A stretch of DNA of 64,000 nucleotides from Actinomycetota bacterium (GTDB lineage Bacteria; Actinomycetota; Actinomycetes; Nanopelagicales; Nanopelagicaceae). The position numbers and the translations under genes are program-made. Below, one piece after another: positions 8,018 to 16,894 of this stretch. The DNA is taken from the NCBI GenBank assembly GCA_016870855.1, contig VGAF01000001.1, positions 88 through 64,087 of the forward strand, written 5' to 3'. The notes below the pieces were generated by a model that was not told where the DNA came from, did no database searches, and saw nothing but the letters and a program-made list of their open reading frames with translations. Position 1 is the stretch's first letter; every line of letters begins with the position of its first letter.

Positions 8018-9679
8018 TTATTTGAAAGCGGTAAGCCAGCAGGTCGCATCCCCCGGCAGGGTGAGCCGCCCGCCATCAATGGCGACCCCGGGCCTTGAAC
8101 TGAAGAGAAGTTCAAATTCGGCGGGTACTTCAAGATCCATAGTTTGCGCCGTTGTGTTGGCAAAGAGCGCAAAGCCTGGGTGTCGCTGAAAAGCGATCAC
8201 CCCATCTGGCGCCGCTAACCAATTGATTTCATAATTGCTAGAACTCTTTAGCGCTGGATGCTCGCTTCGGATTCGCAAACTCTCTCGATAGAAATTTAGC
8301 GAGCTGCTGTTCTCTTTATCTTGCGAGGCAACGCTCTTAGAGCTCCAATGTGCCGGGATTGGTAGCCAAGGCTCTCCAGTTGTAAATCCAAACTTGTTTG
8401 TGGCTTCATTTGCGGTATCCCACGGCAACGGAATCCGTGCTCCATCGCGCCCCTTATCTTTTCCATTAGTGCGGAAGAAGATTGGATCTTGTCTAACTTC
8501 ATCTGAGAGCTCGCCATCGGCTAGCCCCAGCTCTTCTCCTTGGAATATGTAGATACCGCCTGGAAGTGCATGAGTGAGCAGTGCAAAGGCTCTAGCGCGC
8601 CACTCTCCTATTTCGCCGCCGCCAAGTCTTGTTACTAATCGCGGGGAGTCATGATTTGAGAGTACCCAAGTTGGCGGAGCAGCTACAGCGGCAACTTCAG
8701 AGAGAGTTCGCTTAATTGCCGGAATCAAAGTGATAGCGCTCCAAGGCGCAACTAGAAAATCAAAGTTAAAGATCTGATGTAGTTCATCACTTCTCACATA
8801 ACGCGCTGCACGCGAACTGGGATGGACCCACGCTTCCGCAACCGAAATCCGCTCCCCCGGATATGAATCGAAAATCTTTCGCCAGCCTCGATAGATCTGA
8901 TGGACGCCTTCACGATCGAAGAAAGGAACATCACTTAGTAGTTCTGCGCGTTCATTATCTGGCATATCAGTTACATCAAGTCGGAGCGCTCTAGTTAAAG
9001 CTTCTGGGTCATGATGATCTTTCAAAATCTCATCTTTGGCTAAACCATGTGCCACATCGATTCGAAAACCATCAGCGCCCAGATCAAGCCAGAATCGAAG
9101 CGTGGCTTCGAAATCCTCCCGCACTTCTTGGTTATCCCAATTTAAATCTGCCTGGGTTGAATCAAATAGATGTAGATACCACTGGCCCGCAGTTCCATCC
9201 TTTTCGGTGATGCGACTCCATGCTGGTCCTCCGAAAATCGAATTCCAATTGTTTGGCGGGCTCTCACCAGTTGCACCACGACCATCGTAAAAATGAAACC
9301 GCGCTCGTTCGCGCGATCTTTTAGGAGAATTCAAGGCGGCTTTAAACCAGTGATGTTCGGTGGAGAAATGATTTGGAACAATGTCAACGATGATCTTCAA
9401 GCCAACTTTATGAGCGCCGTCAATGAGCGCTTTGGCATCACCTAAATCTCCAAATCTAGGATCAACATCGCGCGGATCGGCGACGTCATAACCACCATCC
9501 TTATTTGGAGACTTATAGAACGGACTCAACCAAATCGCATCTACACCGAGAGATTTCAGGTAATCGATACGTGTTGATACGCCCTTGAGGTCACCCTCAC
9601 CATCGCCATTGCTATCTTGAAATGAGCGCGGATATACCTGGTAGATGGCGCTGTTGGGCCACCAAGACTTCACTCTCAT
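8018..9679 (-). CDS. GH13 alpha-glucosidase (oligo-1,6-glucosidase / trehalose-6-P hydrolase-like)
   Basis: GH13 catalytic motifs GFRIDVAHGL, VAEAWV and LSNHDSPR. 553 aa. Overlaps the lacI stop by 4 nt. Confidence 0.85.
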   Translation of the reverse strand: MRVKSWWPNSAIYQVYPRSFQDSNGDGEGDLKGVSTRIDYLKSLGVDAIWLSPFYKSPNKDGGYDVADPRDVDPRFGDLGDAKALIDGAHKVGLKIIVDIVPNHFSTEHHWFKAALNSPKRSRERARFHFYDGRGATGESPPNNWNSIFGGPAWSRITEKDGTAGQWYLHLFDSTQADLNWDNQEVREDFEATLRFWLDLGADGFRIDVAHGLAKDEILKDHHDPEALTRALRLDVTDMPDNERAELLSDVPFFDREGVHQIYRGWRKIFDSYPGERISVAEAWVHPSSRAARYVRSDELHQIFNFDFLVAPWSAITLIPAIKRTLSEVAAVAAPPTWVLSNHDSPRLVTRLGGGEIGEWRARAFALLTHALPGGIYIFQGEELGLADGELSDEVRQDPIFFRTNGKDKGRDGARIPLPWDTANEATNKFGFTTGEPWLPIPAHWSSKSVASQDKENSSSLNFYRESLRIRSEHPALKSSSNYEINWLAAPDGVIAFQRHPGFALFANTTAQTMDLEVPAEFELLFSSRPGVAIDGGRLTLPGDATCWLTAFK

Positions 9680-10695
9680 TGCTGCTCGTCAGGGTTTATT
9701 CGTCTGGTGGAGTTACGGACAACCAGGGTGGTTGGCATCGTGAGTGAGTGCGGTTCGCTACGAGGTGACTTCAACCGCTCCATGATTGACCAGGCAGCCA
9801 TCTCGCCCATAAGCGGAACTGGCTGTTCAATCGTTGTGAGATCAGAGAATTCCGCCATTTCGTGGCCATCAAAACCAATAATTGAGATGTCCTCAGGAAC
9901 TCTTAATCCATTACGTCGAATTGCTTGAAGCGCGCCAAATGCCATCTCATCCGAGAGTGCAAAGATTGCCGTTGGTCGATTCGGTCGGGCAAGGAGATCA
10001 TCCATTGCGCGGCTCGCACCATGCATGGTGAAGTCGCCATGCGCTTCGCGAGAGGGCACCCACTCCAATCCGCTCTCGGCAAGTACTTGCATAAATCCAG
10101 TCCGGCGATCTTGGGGCACATTGAAACCGAGCGGATCATCAGGGCGGCCCGAGATCAGACCAATCTTCATATGTCCAAGGTTTACTAGATGTTGTGTTGC
10201 CGTTCGTGCGCCGGCGACATCATCAATGGCAACGCTGGCACAGCCTTCATGGTGCATGCCAACGAGCGCAATCGGGATACCCAAGTTGAGCATCGATTCA
10301 AACTCACCCTCAGTTGGCGGCAGGCTTATGACGATTAAACCATCAACGCGCCCCTTCAAGAGTTGATGCTGAAAGAGGCGCTCACGACTCTTGAGTTGTG
10401 AGAAGTTGTAGAGCAGCAGATCCAAACCTGCCTCCCGGAGGGCCTGTTCGGCGCCGCTCAATACTTGGGCGAAGTACCAACGTGAAATATAAGGAGCAAC
10501 AACGCCTACTGAATTCGTTCGCGAAAAGATGCGTTGCGCTTGGCGCTGTGGAAGTGGGTAGTCGAGCGCTTCAGCGGCAGCAAGAATTCGCTCGCGAGTT
10601 TGCGCATTTACATGGCTCATACCGCGCAGCGCCCGCGAAACTGTCGCTATCGATACGCCAGCAGCTGCTGCAACATCTTTTATACCGACAGTCAT
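9676..10695 (-). CDS. LacI family transcriptional regulator
   Basis: N-terminal HTH IKDVAAAAGVSIATVSRALRG plus a periplasmic-binding-protein-like sugar domain. 339 aa. Confidence 0.9.
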   Translation of the reverse strand: MTVGIKDVAAAAGVSIATVSRALRGMSHVNAQTRERILAAAEALDYPLPQRQAQRIFSRTNSVGVVAPYISRWYFAQVLSGAEQALREAGLDLLLYNFSQLKSRERLFQHQLLKGRVDGLIVISLPPTEGEFESMLNLGIPIALVGMHHEGCASVAIDDVAGARTATQHLVNLGHMKIGLISGRPDDPLGFNVPQDRRTGFMQVLAESGLEWVPSREAHGDFTMHGASRAMDDLLARPNRPTAIFALSDEMAFGALQAIRRNGLRVPEDISIIGFDGHEMAEFSDLTTIEQPVPLMGEMAAWSIMERLKSPRSEPHSLTMPTTLVVRNSTRRINPDEQQ

Positions 10696-10702
10696 TACGA
10701 CC

Positions 10703-10713
10703 TTTCCTGGAAA
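10703..10713. promoter_or_regulatory. 11-bp palindrome TTTCC-T-GGAAA overlapping the lacI ribosome-binding site
   Basis: Read directly, 8-18 nt upstream of the lacI ATG (10695). Placement and half-site (CTTTC) are similar to the palindrome at 7900-7911. Confidence 0.25.
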
Positions 10714-10845
10714 TCTACCTCCGAAACCTGTAAATCTCTGTAAGCGCTAAAACTAGTCTGAAAGAGGGTGGGCCGCTAGGGGCGTGCGCCTTGATATCAT
10801 AACCCCTATAAAACTGTTTCGGAACTGCGAATCGAGAGACCGACC

Positions 10846-11889
10846 TTGGACACAGTAAACAGGCGAAGGTTCATTGAATTGACTGGTGCTGGAGACAAAG
10901 CTCGTGCTGCAAAGACTCTCTCGTTTGATGAAATAGTTAAACAGGGCAAGTCGAAGCCCTTTGACGCTAATAGTTCAATCTTGGTGATTGTCACTTTGTA
11001 TGGTGGTAATGATGGATTGAGCACATTGATTCCTTTTCGAGACCCAAATTACTTTTCGCTAAGACCTACACTCTCATTCCAAGAAGACGAAGTGATTCCG
11101 TTAGATGAGGATCTCGCACTAAATGCTTCTATGGTTGGGTTTAAAGAGCTCTGGGATGACGGAACCTTGGGGATAGTACGAGGGGTTGGCTATCCAAGAA
11201 CTGAGCATTCGCACTTTTCTTCAATGGCTATCTGGCAGAGCGCAAACCTGAGTGCCGTTAACTCGGGCTGGGTTGGACGCTGGATTGACACACAACAGCA
11301 CGATGAATTTCTGGCAATAAATCTGGGATCAATTCTCCCGCCCTTGTTGGTAGGCAACAAACTATCTGGCTCAGTTCTTCCGATGGCTCAGGCGAATACT
11401 AATTTAGGGTCCTCAAAGTTAGCGCAGCAACTGCAGACTGTTGCGCAACTAATCGCAGCAGATGCGCCCACTCGGGTTTGGTCGGTGTCACTCGGTGGAT
11501 TTGATACCCACTCTGATGCGAAGGAAACACAGTCAAAACTGCTGGGCCAGGTGTCAGATGCAATCGCAGACTTTATGGCAAAACTCAAAGAGATTGGCCG
11601 GAGTAAGAACGTGACTATCTTGGTTTACAGTGAGTTCGGCCGACGCGTTCGAGCAAATGAAACGGATGGGACTGATCATGGAACCTCAAATCCAGTCTTC
11701 CTAATTGGTGAAAGAGTTCAAGGAGGGTTCCATGGCGAAAACCCTTCACTCGACTCCAAAGGCAGAGATGATCTTTCCGTAACCACGGACTTTAGAGATA
11801 TCTATGGAGAGGTACTTGAGAAGATTCTGGGTACGGACTCAGATCGAGTTATCAATAAAACTAGACGAGACTTGAGTTTATTCAAGTGA
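10846..11889 (+). CDS. DUF1501 (sulfatase-like) protein with twin-arginine signal
   Basis: Tat motif NRRRFIEL. DUF1501 signatures LYGGNDGLSTLIP, SHFSSMAIWQSA, GGFDTHS, SEFGRR and GTDHG. TTG start. Confidence 0.75.
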   Translation: MDTVNRRRFIELTGAGDKARAAKTLSFDEIVKQGKSKPFDANSSILVIVTLYGGNDGLSTLIPFRDPNYFSLRPTLSFQEDEVIPLDEDLALNASMVGFKELWDDGTLGIVRGVGYPRTEHSHFSSMAIWQSANLSAVNSGWVGRWIDTQQHDEFLAINLGSILPPLLVGNKLSGSVLPMAQANTNLGSSKLAQQLQTVAQLIAADAPTRVWSVSLGGFDTHSDAKETQSKLLGQVSDAIADFMAKLKEIGRSKNVTILVYSEFGRRVRANETDGTDHGTSNPVFLIGERVQGGFHGENPSLDSKGRDDLSVTTDFRDIYGEVLEKILGTDSDRVINKTRRDLSLFK

Positions 11890-12242
11890 ATGAGTCCTCA
11901 CAAGATCAGATAATTCAACTGGCATATACGCGTTGGCTTATTGAGTTTCGCCCAAGCAAACTCGCAACTGGAGAACTGTTTAAGTTTGATGTAATTGGTG
12001 ACGTTGTTGAAATGGAATCAAACTCACCCAACACGATATGGAGCGAAGTCTGGGACTTTGCTAGCCGTAAGCCCGTGATCCGTTCTGGCGCCTTGGATCA
12101 TCATTGCGGTGGCGTGAGTTGGTACGTTACGGAGATTCCTTGGCATCGAGAGACATTGGTCTATGAGGTGCCCGAAACGCTCACTTTCAAAGCAGGTATG
12201 GCGGTCTGGTCTGAATTTTGGAGTATGGACACCTCACGTTAG
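11886..12242 (+). CDS. hypothetical Trp-rich protein (118 aa)
   Basis: GTG start overlaps the DUF1501 stop (GTGA). It has 7 Trp in 118 aa, no TM segment, and no family I recognise. Confidence 0.45.
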   Translation: MNESSQDQIIQLAYTRWLIEFRPSKLATGELFKFDVIGDVVEMESNSPNTIWSEVWDFASRKPVIRSGALDHHCGGVSWYVTEIPWHRETLVYEVPETLTFKAGMAVWSEFWSMDTSR

Positions 12243-12869
12243 ATGCACATTACTTCAAATAAATCCCGGGCAATCGGGCGAGAAATATCACGGATTGAGC
12301 CGCGCTTTGCCGAAGTTATAGCTGAGTTCGCGCCCTGCCCGATTGGCGTAACTAAATCTCGCGAGAGCAACTTTGCGGCGCTAGCAAGTTCAATTCTTTC
12401 GCAACAACTCTCTGTCAAGGCAGCTGCGACAATTACCGATCGAGTTCGATTGATGGCAGGTGGGCGCCTCGATCCGAAACAAATCGCGAAGTCTCGGATA
12501 ACTGAACTTCGTAGCCTCGGCTGCTCGGCTACGAAAGCGCGCGCGCTTCTTGAGTTGGCTCAGAAGAGCGCGAGCGGTGAGTTACCGATCCGTTCACTTC
12601 ACCGGAAGAGCGATGCTGAGATTGAGGCTCTGCTGCTGCCGCTACATGGCATCGGGAAGTGGACCGTCGAGATGTTTCTAATCTTCCAACTAGGTCGAGT
12701 TGATATCTGGCCGGTCGGCGACCTTGGGGTTCGCCGTGGCTGGGAGAAGATTTTCGGGATGCGAAGTGAAATTTCACCTGAACGGTTAGCGGTTTTGGGT
12801 GAAAAGTTCGCGCCGTATCGCAGCCATCTTGCTTGGTATTGCTGGCGCGCCCACTCAATCTACGAGTGA
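12243..12869 (+). CDS. alkA: DNA-3-methyladenine glycosylase II family (HhH-GPD)
   Basis: HhH motif LPLHGIGKWTVEMFLIF and catalytic-Asp context WPVGDLGVRRG. Confidence 0.8.
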   Translation: MHITSNKSRAIGREISRIEPRFAEVIAEFAPCPIGVTKSRESNFAALASSILSQQLSVKAAATITDRVRLMAGGRLDPKQIAKSRITELRSLGCSATKARALLELAQKSASGELPIRSLHRKSDAEIEALLLPLHGIGKWTVEMFLIFQLGRVDIWPVGDLGVRRGWEKIFGMRSEISPERLAVLGEKFAPYRSHLAWYCWRAHSIYE

Positions 12870-12880
12870 GCCAGTGCGAA

Positions 12881-13333
12881 TTAGGGCTTTGGCCTTAGTT
12901 CTAGCGCGACTGAGTTGATGCACCAACGTTGATCGGTTGGCACGGCATAACCTTCTCCTTCAAAGACATGTCCTAGGTGCGAACCGCATTTTGCGCATCG
13001 CACTTCCGTGCGAATACGCGGCGCAAGCGATCGATCTTCAAGAAGTATCACAGCATCGCCCTCTTTTGGTGCATAAAAAGACGGCCAACCACAACCGGAA
13101 TGAAACTTCTCCTCACTTCTAAAGAGCTTAGCTCCACATGCCTTACATTCATAGACTCCGATAGTTTCAGTCTCGTAATACTTTCCAGTGAATGCGACTT
13201 CGGTTCCTGCCTTACGAAGTACATCGAATGAAAGTGGATCTAGTTGGTTTTCTAGTTTCGAATCATCAATCTGAACTTCAAAAGGCTTTCCGGTAAGCGG
13301 ATTAATCTTGGGAAGAATTGAGCCAGGTTCCAT
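12881..13333 (-). CDS. msrB: peptide-methionine (R)-S-oxide reductase
   Basis: Zn CxxC pairs CKACGAKLF and CAKCGSHLGHVF, catalytic RWCINS. I chose the ATG at 13333 (MEPGSILP), 1 nt after the msrA stop. The longer track ORF (to 13504) overlaps msrA. Confidence 0.85.
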   Translation of the reverse strand: MEPGSILPKINPLTGKPFEVQIDDSKLENQLDPLSFDVLRKAGTEVAFTGKYYETETIGVYECKACGAKLFRSEEKFHSGCGWPSFYAPKEGDAVILLEDRSLAPRIRTEVRCAKCGSHLGHVFEGEGYAVPTDQRWCINSVALELRPKP

Positions 13334-13334
13334 C

Positions 13335-13874
13335 TCAGCTCTTGACTTTCGGGAATGGGATTCCAGTCGATGAGTGGCAGTCGTAACCATTTGGGTTCTT
13401 CTCGAGATAACGTTGGTGATACTCCTCCGCTGGCCAATAAGTGTGTGGCGCCGCTTCTTGAATCTCGGTGACGATTTCGCCAAAACCTTGGGCCTTAAGA
13501 ACATCGTTATACAGCTCGCGCGTATTAACAGCGCTAATCATCTGTTCGTCACTAGTTACAAATATGGCACTTCGATATTGAGTTCCAATATCGCCACCTT
13601 GACGGTTTAATGAAGTTGGATCGTGCATGGTCCAAAACTCTTCTAGTAAGCGTTCGTATGTAATCTTGGTGGGATCGAAAATTACTTCGACCGTCTCGGC
13701 ATGATTTGTGGTTCCAGTGCAAACTTGCTCGTAAGAAGGATTTGGTCTAGTTCCACCCATGTAACCAACGGAAGTTGATACAACGCCATCGAGATTCCAG
13801 AAGCGCCGTTCTGCGCCCCAGAAGCAACCAGTTGCAAAATATGCTTTCGGAATAGAAATCTCGCTCATCCCCAC
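13335..13874 (-). CDS. msrA: peptide-methionine (S)-S-oxide reductase
   Basis: Active-site motif GCFWGAE, then GYMGG...NPSYEQVC and YHQRYL. Confidence 0.9.
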   Translation of the reverse strand: MGMSEISIPKAYFATGCFWGAERRFWNLDGVVSTSVGYMGGTRPNPSYEQVCTGTTNHAETVEVIFDPTKITYERLLEEFWTMHDPTSLNRQGGDIGTQYRSAIFVTSDEQMISAVNTRELYNDVLKAQGFGEIVTEIQEAAPHTYWPAEEYHQRYLEKNPNGYDCHSSTGIPFPKVKS

Positions 13875-13911
13875 ATCTTGGCATGAGATTTGACTGATAG
13901 CCTTATCGAAA

Positions 13912-13983
13912 GCCCCCGTAGCTCAGGGGATAGAGCACTGCCCTCCGGAGGCAGGTGCACAGGTTCGAATCCTGTCGGGGGCG
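13912..13983 (+). tRNA. tRNA-Arg (anticodon CCG)
   Basis: Hand-folded cloverleaf. Acceptor stem GCCCCCG/CGGGGGC and D arm GCTC-AGGGGATA-GAGC. Anticodon stem CTGCC/GGCAG with loop CTCCGGA. T arm ACAGG-TTCGAAT-CCTGT. CCA is not encoded. Confidence 0.9.
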
Positions 13984-14036
13984 CATCTGAGCGATAACTC
14001 ACCTTTCGAGACTATTGAGTATCGAGGCATAACGCG

Positions 14037-14048
14037 AGAGAATTCTCT
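14037..14048. promoter_or_regulatory. perfect 12-bp palindrome AGAGAATTCTCT upstream of whiB1
   Basis: Read directly, about 80 nt upstream of the whiB1 start in a 144-nt intergenic region. Confidence 0.25.
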
Positions 14049-14127
14049 TCTCACCCACTCGGGAAGAACAGCTCGATTACGTTCTGGCTTATTCCTGCGC
14101 GGTCATCATTAGAAGAGAGGTCGTTAA

Positions 14128-14418
14128 ATGTCGGCGGATATGAATATGGATTGGCGCCATCGCGCCGCCTGTCGCCACGTCGACCCAGAACTCTTCTTTC
14201 CAGTTGGAAATACTGGACCAGCCATTGCTCAAATCGAAGAGGCTAAAAGAGTCTGCGTGAAATGTGATGTCCGCGAAGCATGTCTGCAATGGGCACTTGA
14301 ATCTGGACAAGATTCTGGAGTTTGGGGTGGGTTATCTGAAGATGAGCGTCGCGCCATGAAACGTCGCGCTGCACGTCATCGCGCAAGAATGCTAGAGAAC
14401 CAGAACCAGATTTCTTAA
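14128..14418 (+). CDS. whiB1: WhiB family transcriptional regulator, WhiB1-like
   Basis: MDWRHRAACR..DPELFFPVGN.GPA..QI..AK.VC..C.V...CL.WAL..GQDSGVWGG is close to M. tuberculosis WhiB1, and the gene is convergent with pdtaS as at Rv3219/Rv3220c. The start could instead be the ATG at 14146. Confidence 0.9.
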   Translation: MSADMNMDWRHRAACRHVDPELFFPVGNTGPAIAQIEEAKRVCVKCDVREACLQWALESGQDSGVWGGLSEDERRAMKRRAARHRARMLENQNQIS

Positions 14419-14421
14419 AAT

Positions 14422-15879
14422 CTAGTGGAGCTCAAACTCAATTTGAGCTTCAGTACCAGGGCTTAATCTATTAAAGCGCAATTCACCTGAGAGTTCGTTA
14501 TCCGTCAAAGTCCTAACTATTTCAAGGCCAAGGCTAGAACTCTTAGTTGGATCAAAAACAGGACTCAAGCCAGCGCCATCATCTACAACCGATATTTTGA
14601 AACGGTTATCTCTTCTTATTACTTGAACTTCTAATTTGCTTCCCCGTTCATTTAAACCATGTTCGAGCGCGTTCTGGATTAACTCGGTAAGGACTAAGGC
14701 AAGCGGCGTTGCGATGAGTGAGGGAACTAAGCCAAAGTCACCGCTTTTATTGATCTTTATCTCGGCTGGTCTAGGGCTTAGCTCCAAGGCGCTATTTAGT
14801 AACTTGACCACTACTTCATCGAACTGGACGCTATCTTGCGAGCTGGAGGATAGAGTTTCATGAACGTGGGCGATTGATGCGATTCGCCTTATCGCCTCTT
14901 CGATAGCAGAGCGGGCAAGGCCATCCTCGGTCCGCCGGGATTGCAGCCGAAGCAAGGAAGAAACGGCTTGGAGGTTGTTCTTTACCCGATGATGAATCTC
15001 TCGAATGGTCGCATCTTTACTTACTAGAGCGCGATCGCGCCGCCTTAGCTCGGTCACATTATGAACGAGTACGACCGCGCCAATTCGAATCTCAGATTCG
15101 GTAAGTGGAATAGCGAGGAGATCGATTACACCATCGGAATTCTCAAACTCATCGCGCCTTAGCGAGCGGCCACTCATGACAACCCGCCAACTCTCTTCAC
15201 GTGGCTCTCGGCCTCGAATTGGGACGGCGAGTTGATCGAGAATCTCACCAAAGTGTTGGCCATCCATATCCTTAACCCAACCAATTCGACCGAAGGCGCT
15301 TCGCGCATTGGGACTTGCGAAAGTTATCCGGCCATCAACATCCAATCTAACTAGGCCATCACCGGCTCTCGGCGCTGTCTCGGAGCGATAGACACTTCCT
15401 TGAATTGGAAAGTTACCTTCAGCAACCATTCGATAGATATGGTTTGCAATCTCGCGGTAATTTAGCTCCAGCCTTGATGGAGTTCGCATCGTCTCAATAT
15501 TTCTATGGCGCGTAATTACCGCAATCGACTTTCCACCGAATTGAACTGGAATGATCTCTTCCTTAACTGTGAACTCACCGATATTTGTCGGTTCTAAGTC
15601 GCGAATGATGTTTCCAGATTTGAATGCGCTATCGATATTTGGTTGTTCTCCAATTGCAATACTCGTTCCTACTATGTCGGTAGCAAAGACAGTTGCGGCG
15701 GTCATCGGTCTTATCTGTGCGACTGCGATAAAACCTTGCTCGCCATGTTTAGAAATCCAGAGAACTAAATCGGCGAAGGAGAGATCGGCTAATAGTTGCC
15801 ATTCTGCGATTAAATCTGAGAGGCGGCCAAACTCCTCGCTTGCGAGCGTGGATGCGCCCGGTAGATTCCTAAATGGCAT
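14422..15879 (-). CDS. pdtaS: GAF/PAS sensor histidine kinase, PdtaS-like (HisKA_2)
   Basis: HisKA_2 H-box HHRVKNNLQAVSSLLRLQ, C-terminal HATPase (DDGAGL, SLGLEIV), soluble with no TM segment, and adjacent to whiB1. Confidence 0.8.
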   Translation of the reverse strand: MPFRNLPGASTLASEEFGRLSDLIAEWQLLADLSFADLVLWISKHGEQGFIAVAQIRPMTAATVFATDIVGTSIAIGEQPNIDSAFKSGNIIRDLEPTNIGEFTVKEEIIPVQFGGKSIAVITRHRNIETMRTPSRLELNYREIANHIYRMVAEGNFPIQGSVYRSETAPRAGDGLVRLDVDGRITFASPNARSAFGRIGWVKDMDGQHFGEILDQLAVPIRGREPREESWRVVMSGRSLRRDEFENSDGVIDLLAIPLTESEIRIGAVVLVHNVTELRRRDRALVSKDATIREIHHRVKNNLQAVSSLLRLQSRRTEDGLARSAIEEAIRRIASIAHVHETLSSSSQDSVQFDEVVVKLLNSALELSPRPAEIKINKSGDFGLVPSLIATPLALVLTELIQNALEHGLNERGSKLEVQVIRRDNRFKISVVDDGAGLSPVFDPTKSSSLGLEIVRTLTDNELSGELRFNRLSPGTEAQIEFELH

Positions 15880-15888
15880 GAGTGAAGG

Positions 15889-16884
15889 TTACTCAAGGAG
15901 CAGGCCTGCGACTTCCCCAATAGATTTCCGCAACTTTGAACGTGGCGCCACATCCAATAGCGCGGAGTAGGCGCTCTTAGCGCGATCTAGTGAATCTCTA
16001 TCAAATGGCAGAAGTTTTGACTCGTACTTACCAACTCGAGCGCTAAAGCGCTTCTGGATAGAACGCTCTCTTCGCGTATTGCCCATCTGATTGAGGATAA
16101 AAATGGCTCGCGCCTTAATTCGCCCAGCATCAAGGGAGGCAAGGATCGATTCGAGTTCGAACATGTGATTGTTATCGGGGGTCATAAGAAAAATGATGGT
16201 CTCGGCCCGTTCCAAGAGATCCACATAGTCACGCGCCGGCGCTCGCCTATCTGAGAACGCGCTCTCTAAGTTCGGAATCGGACCGGCATCAACTAGTTGA
16301 ATCGCGCTACTTACTTCAGCTAGTTCACCACAAATCGAAAGTTGATCTGAGAGCCGGACGCTCTCGCTACTTCGCTTTGCGCCCAACAGAAAAGCGAGAT
16401 CCTTTCGGTTTGGATGAAGGTCAATCAACTCCACCGACTTTGAGCGGGCGAGTTCATTTCCAAGATTTAGAGTCATGGTTGTGGCGCCTGGAGCGCCGGT
16501 ACTTCCGGTCACCACGATGAGATTTTTCTGGCGTTGTACGGATTTTCTAGGAGCTGGAATAGTTTCAAATTCTCGAAGCGCTCGATTAACAATTCGCTCA
16601 ATCTCTACAGTTACATCACCAATTACTGGCTCAATAGCCATTCCAATAGCGCCAGCAAAGCGTCTCAACTCTCGCTCTAAAGCTGAAGTTATTTCGTCTA
16701 CATCGTGAATGAGTATGAATCTAGAGTCTGTGTCCGGTTTATTTGCGAGGAATTCAACTAATGAATCTATGGAAAGCGCCCGATACTCCAGCTCGACGCT
16801 ACTAATTCCTTCGGTGAGTAGAGCTTGTAGGACTACATCTTCAAACTCTGCGCTCTCCAGCCAAGTGATGATTCCAATTTTCAT
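15889..16884 (-). CDS. CpaE/Ssd-like P-loop NTPase with N-terminal receiver-like domain
   Basis: Its N-terminal ~110 aa look CheY-like (KIGIITW...RFILIHDVD). The lysine-less P-loop VVTGSTGAPGATTMTLNLG resembles the actinobacterial CpaE-like GGxGGAGAST type. 331 aa. Confidence 0.6.
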   Translation of the reverse strand: MKIGIITWLESAEFEDVVLQALLTEGISSVELEYRALSIDSLVEFLANKPDTDSRFILIHDVDEITSALERELRRFAGAIGMAIEPVIGDVTVEIERIVNRALREFETIPAPRKSVQRQKNLIVVTGSTGAPGATTMTLNLGNELARSKSVELIDLHPNRKDLAFLLGAKRSSESVRLSDQLSICGELAEVSSAIQLVDAGPIPNLESAFSDRRAPARDYVDLLERAETIIFLMTPDNNHMFELESILASLDAGRIKARAIFILNQMGNTRRERSIQKRFSARVGKYESKLLPFDRDSLDRAKSAYSALLDVAPRSKLRKSIGEVAGLLLE

Positions 16885-16894
16885 AAGTTTTTTG

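Noticed and set aside
7918-8172. 84-aa minus-strand ORF spanning the glucosidase 3' end and the spacer
   Set aside because: It is out of frame with and overlaps the GH13 gene, has a Pro/Arg-rich low-complexity translation, and has no SD.
10696-10845. Possible small RNA or riboswitch in the 150-nt lacI/DUF1501 spacer
   Set aside because: I found only a 6-bp stem with a 22-nt loop (TAGGGG...CCCCTA) and no resemblance to any riboswitch I know. The spacer is more simply a divergent promoter region.
13334-13504. N-terminal extension of the msrB ORF (207-aa version)
   Set aside because: The extension overlaps the msrA coding sequence out of frame and has no MsrB homology. An ATG at 13333, immediately after the msrA stop, gives a normal-length MsrB.
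13912-14127. tRNA-Arg as an integration hotspot or genomic-island border
   Set aside because: There is no integrase, no direct repeat of the tRNA 3' end, and the flanks are conserved core genes (msrA, whiB1).
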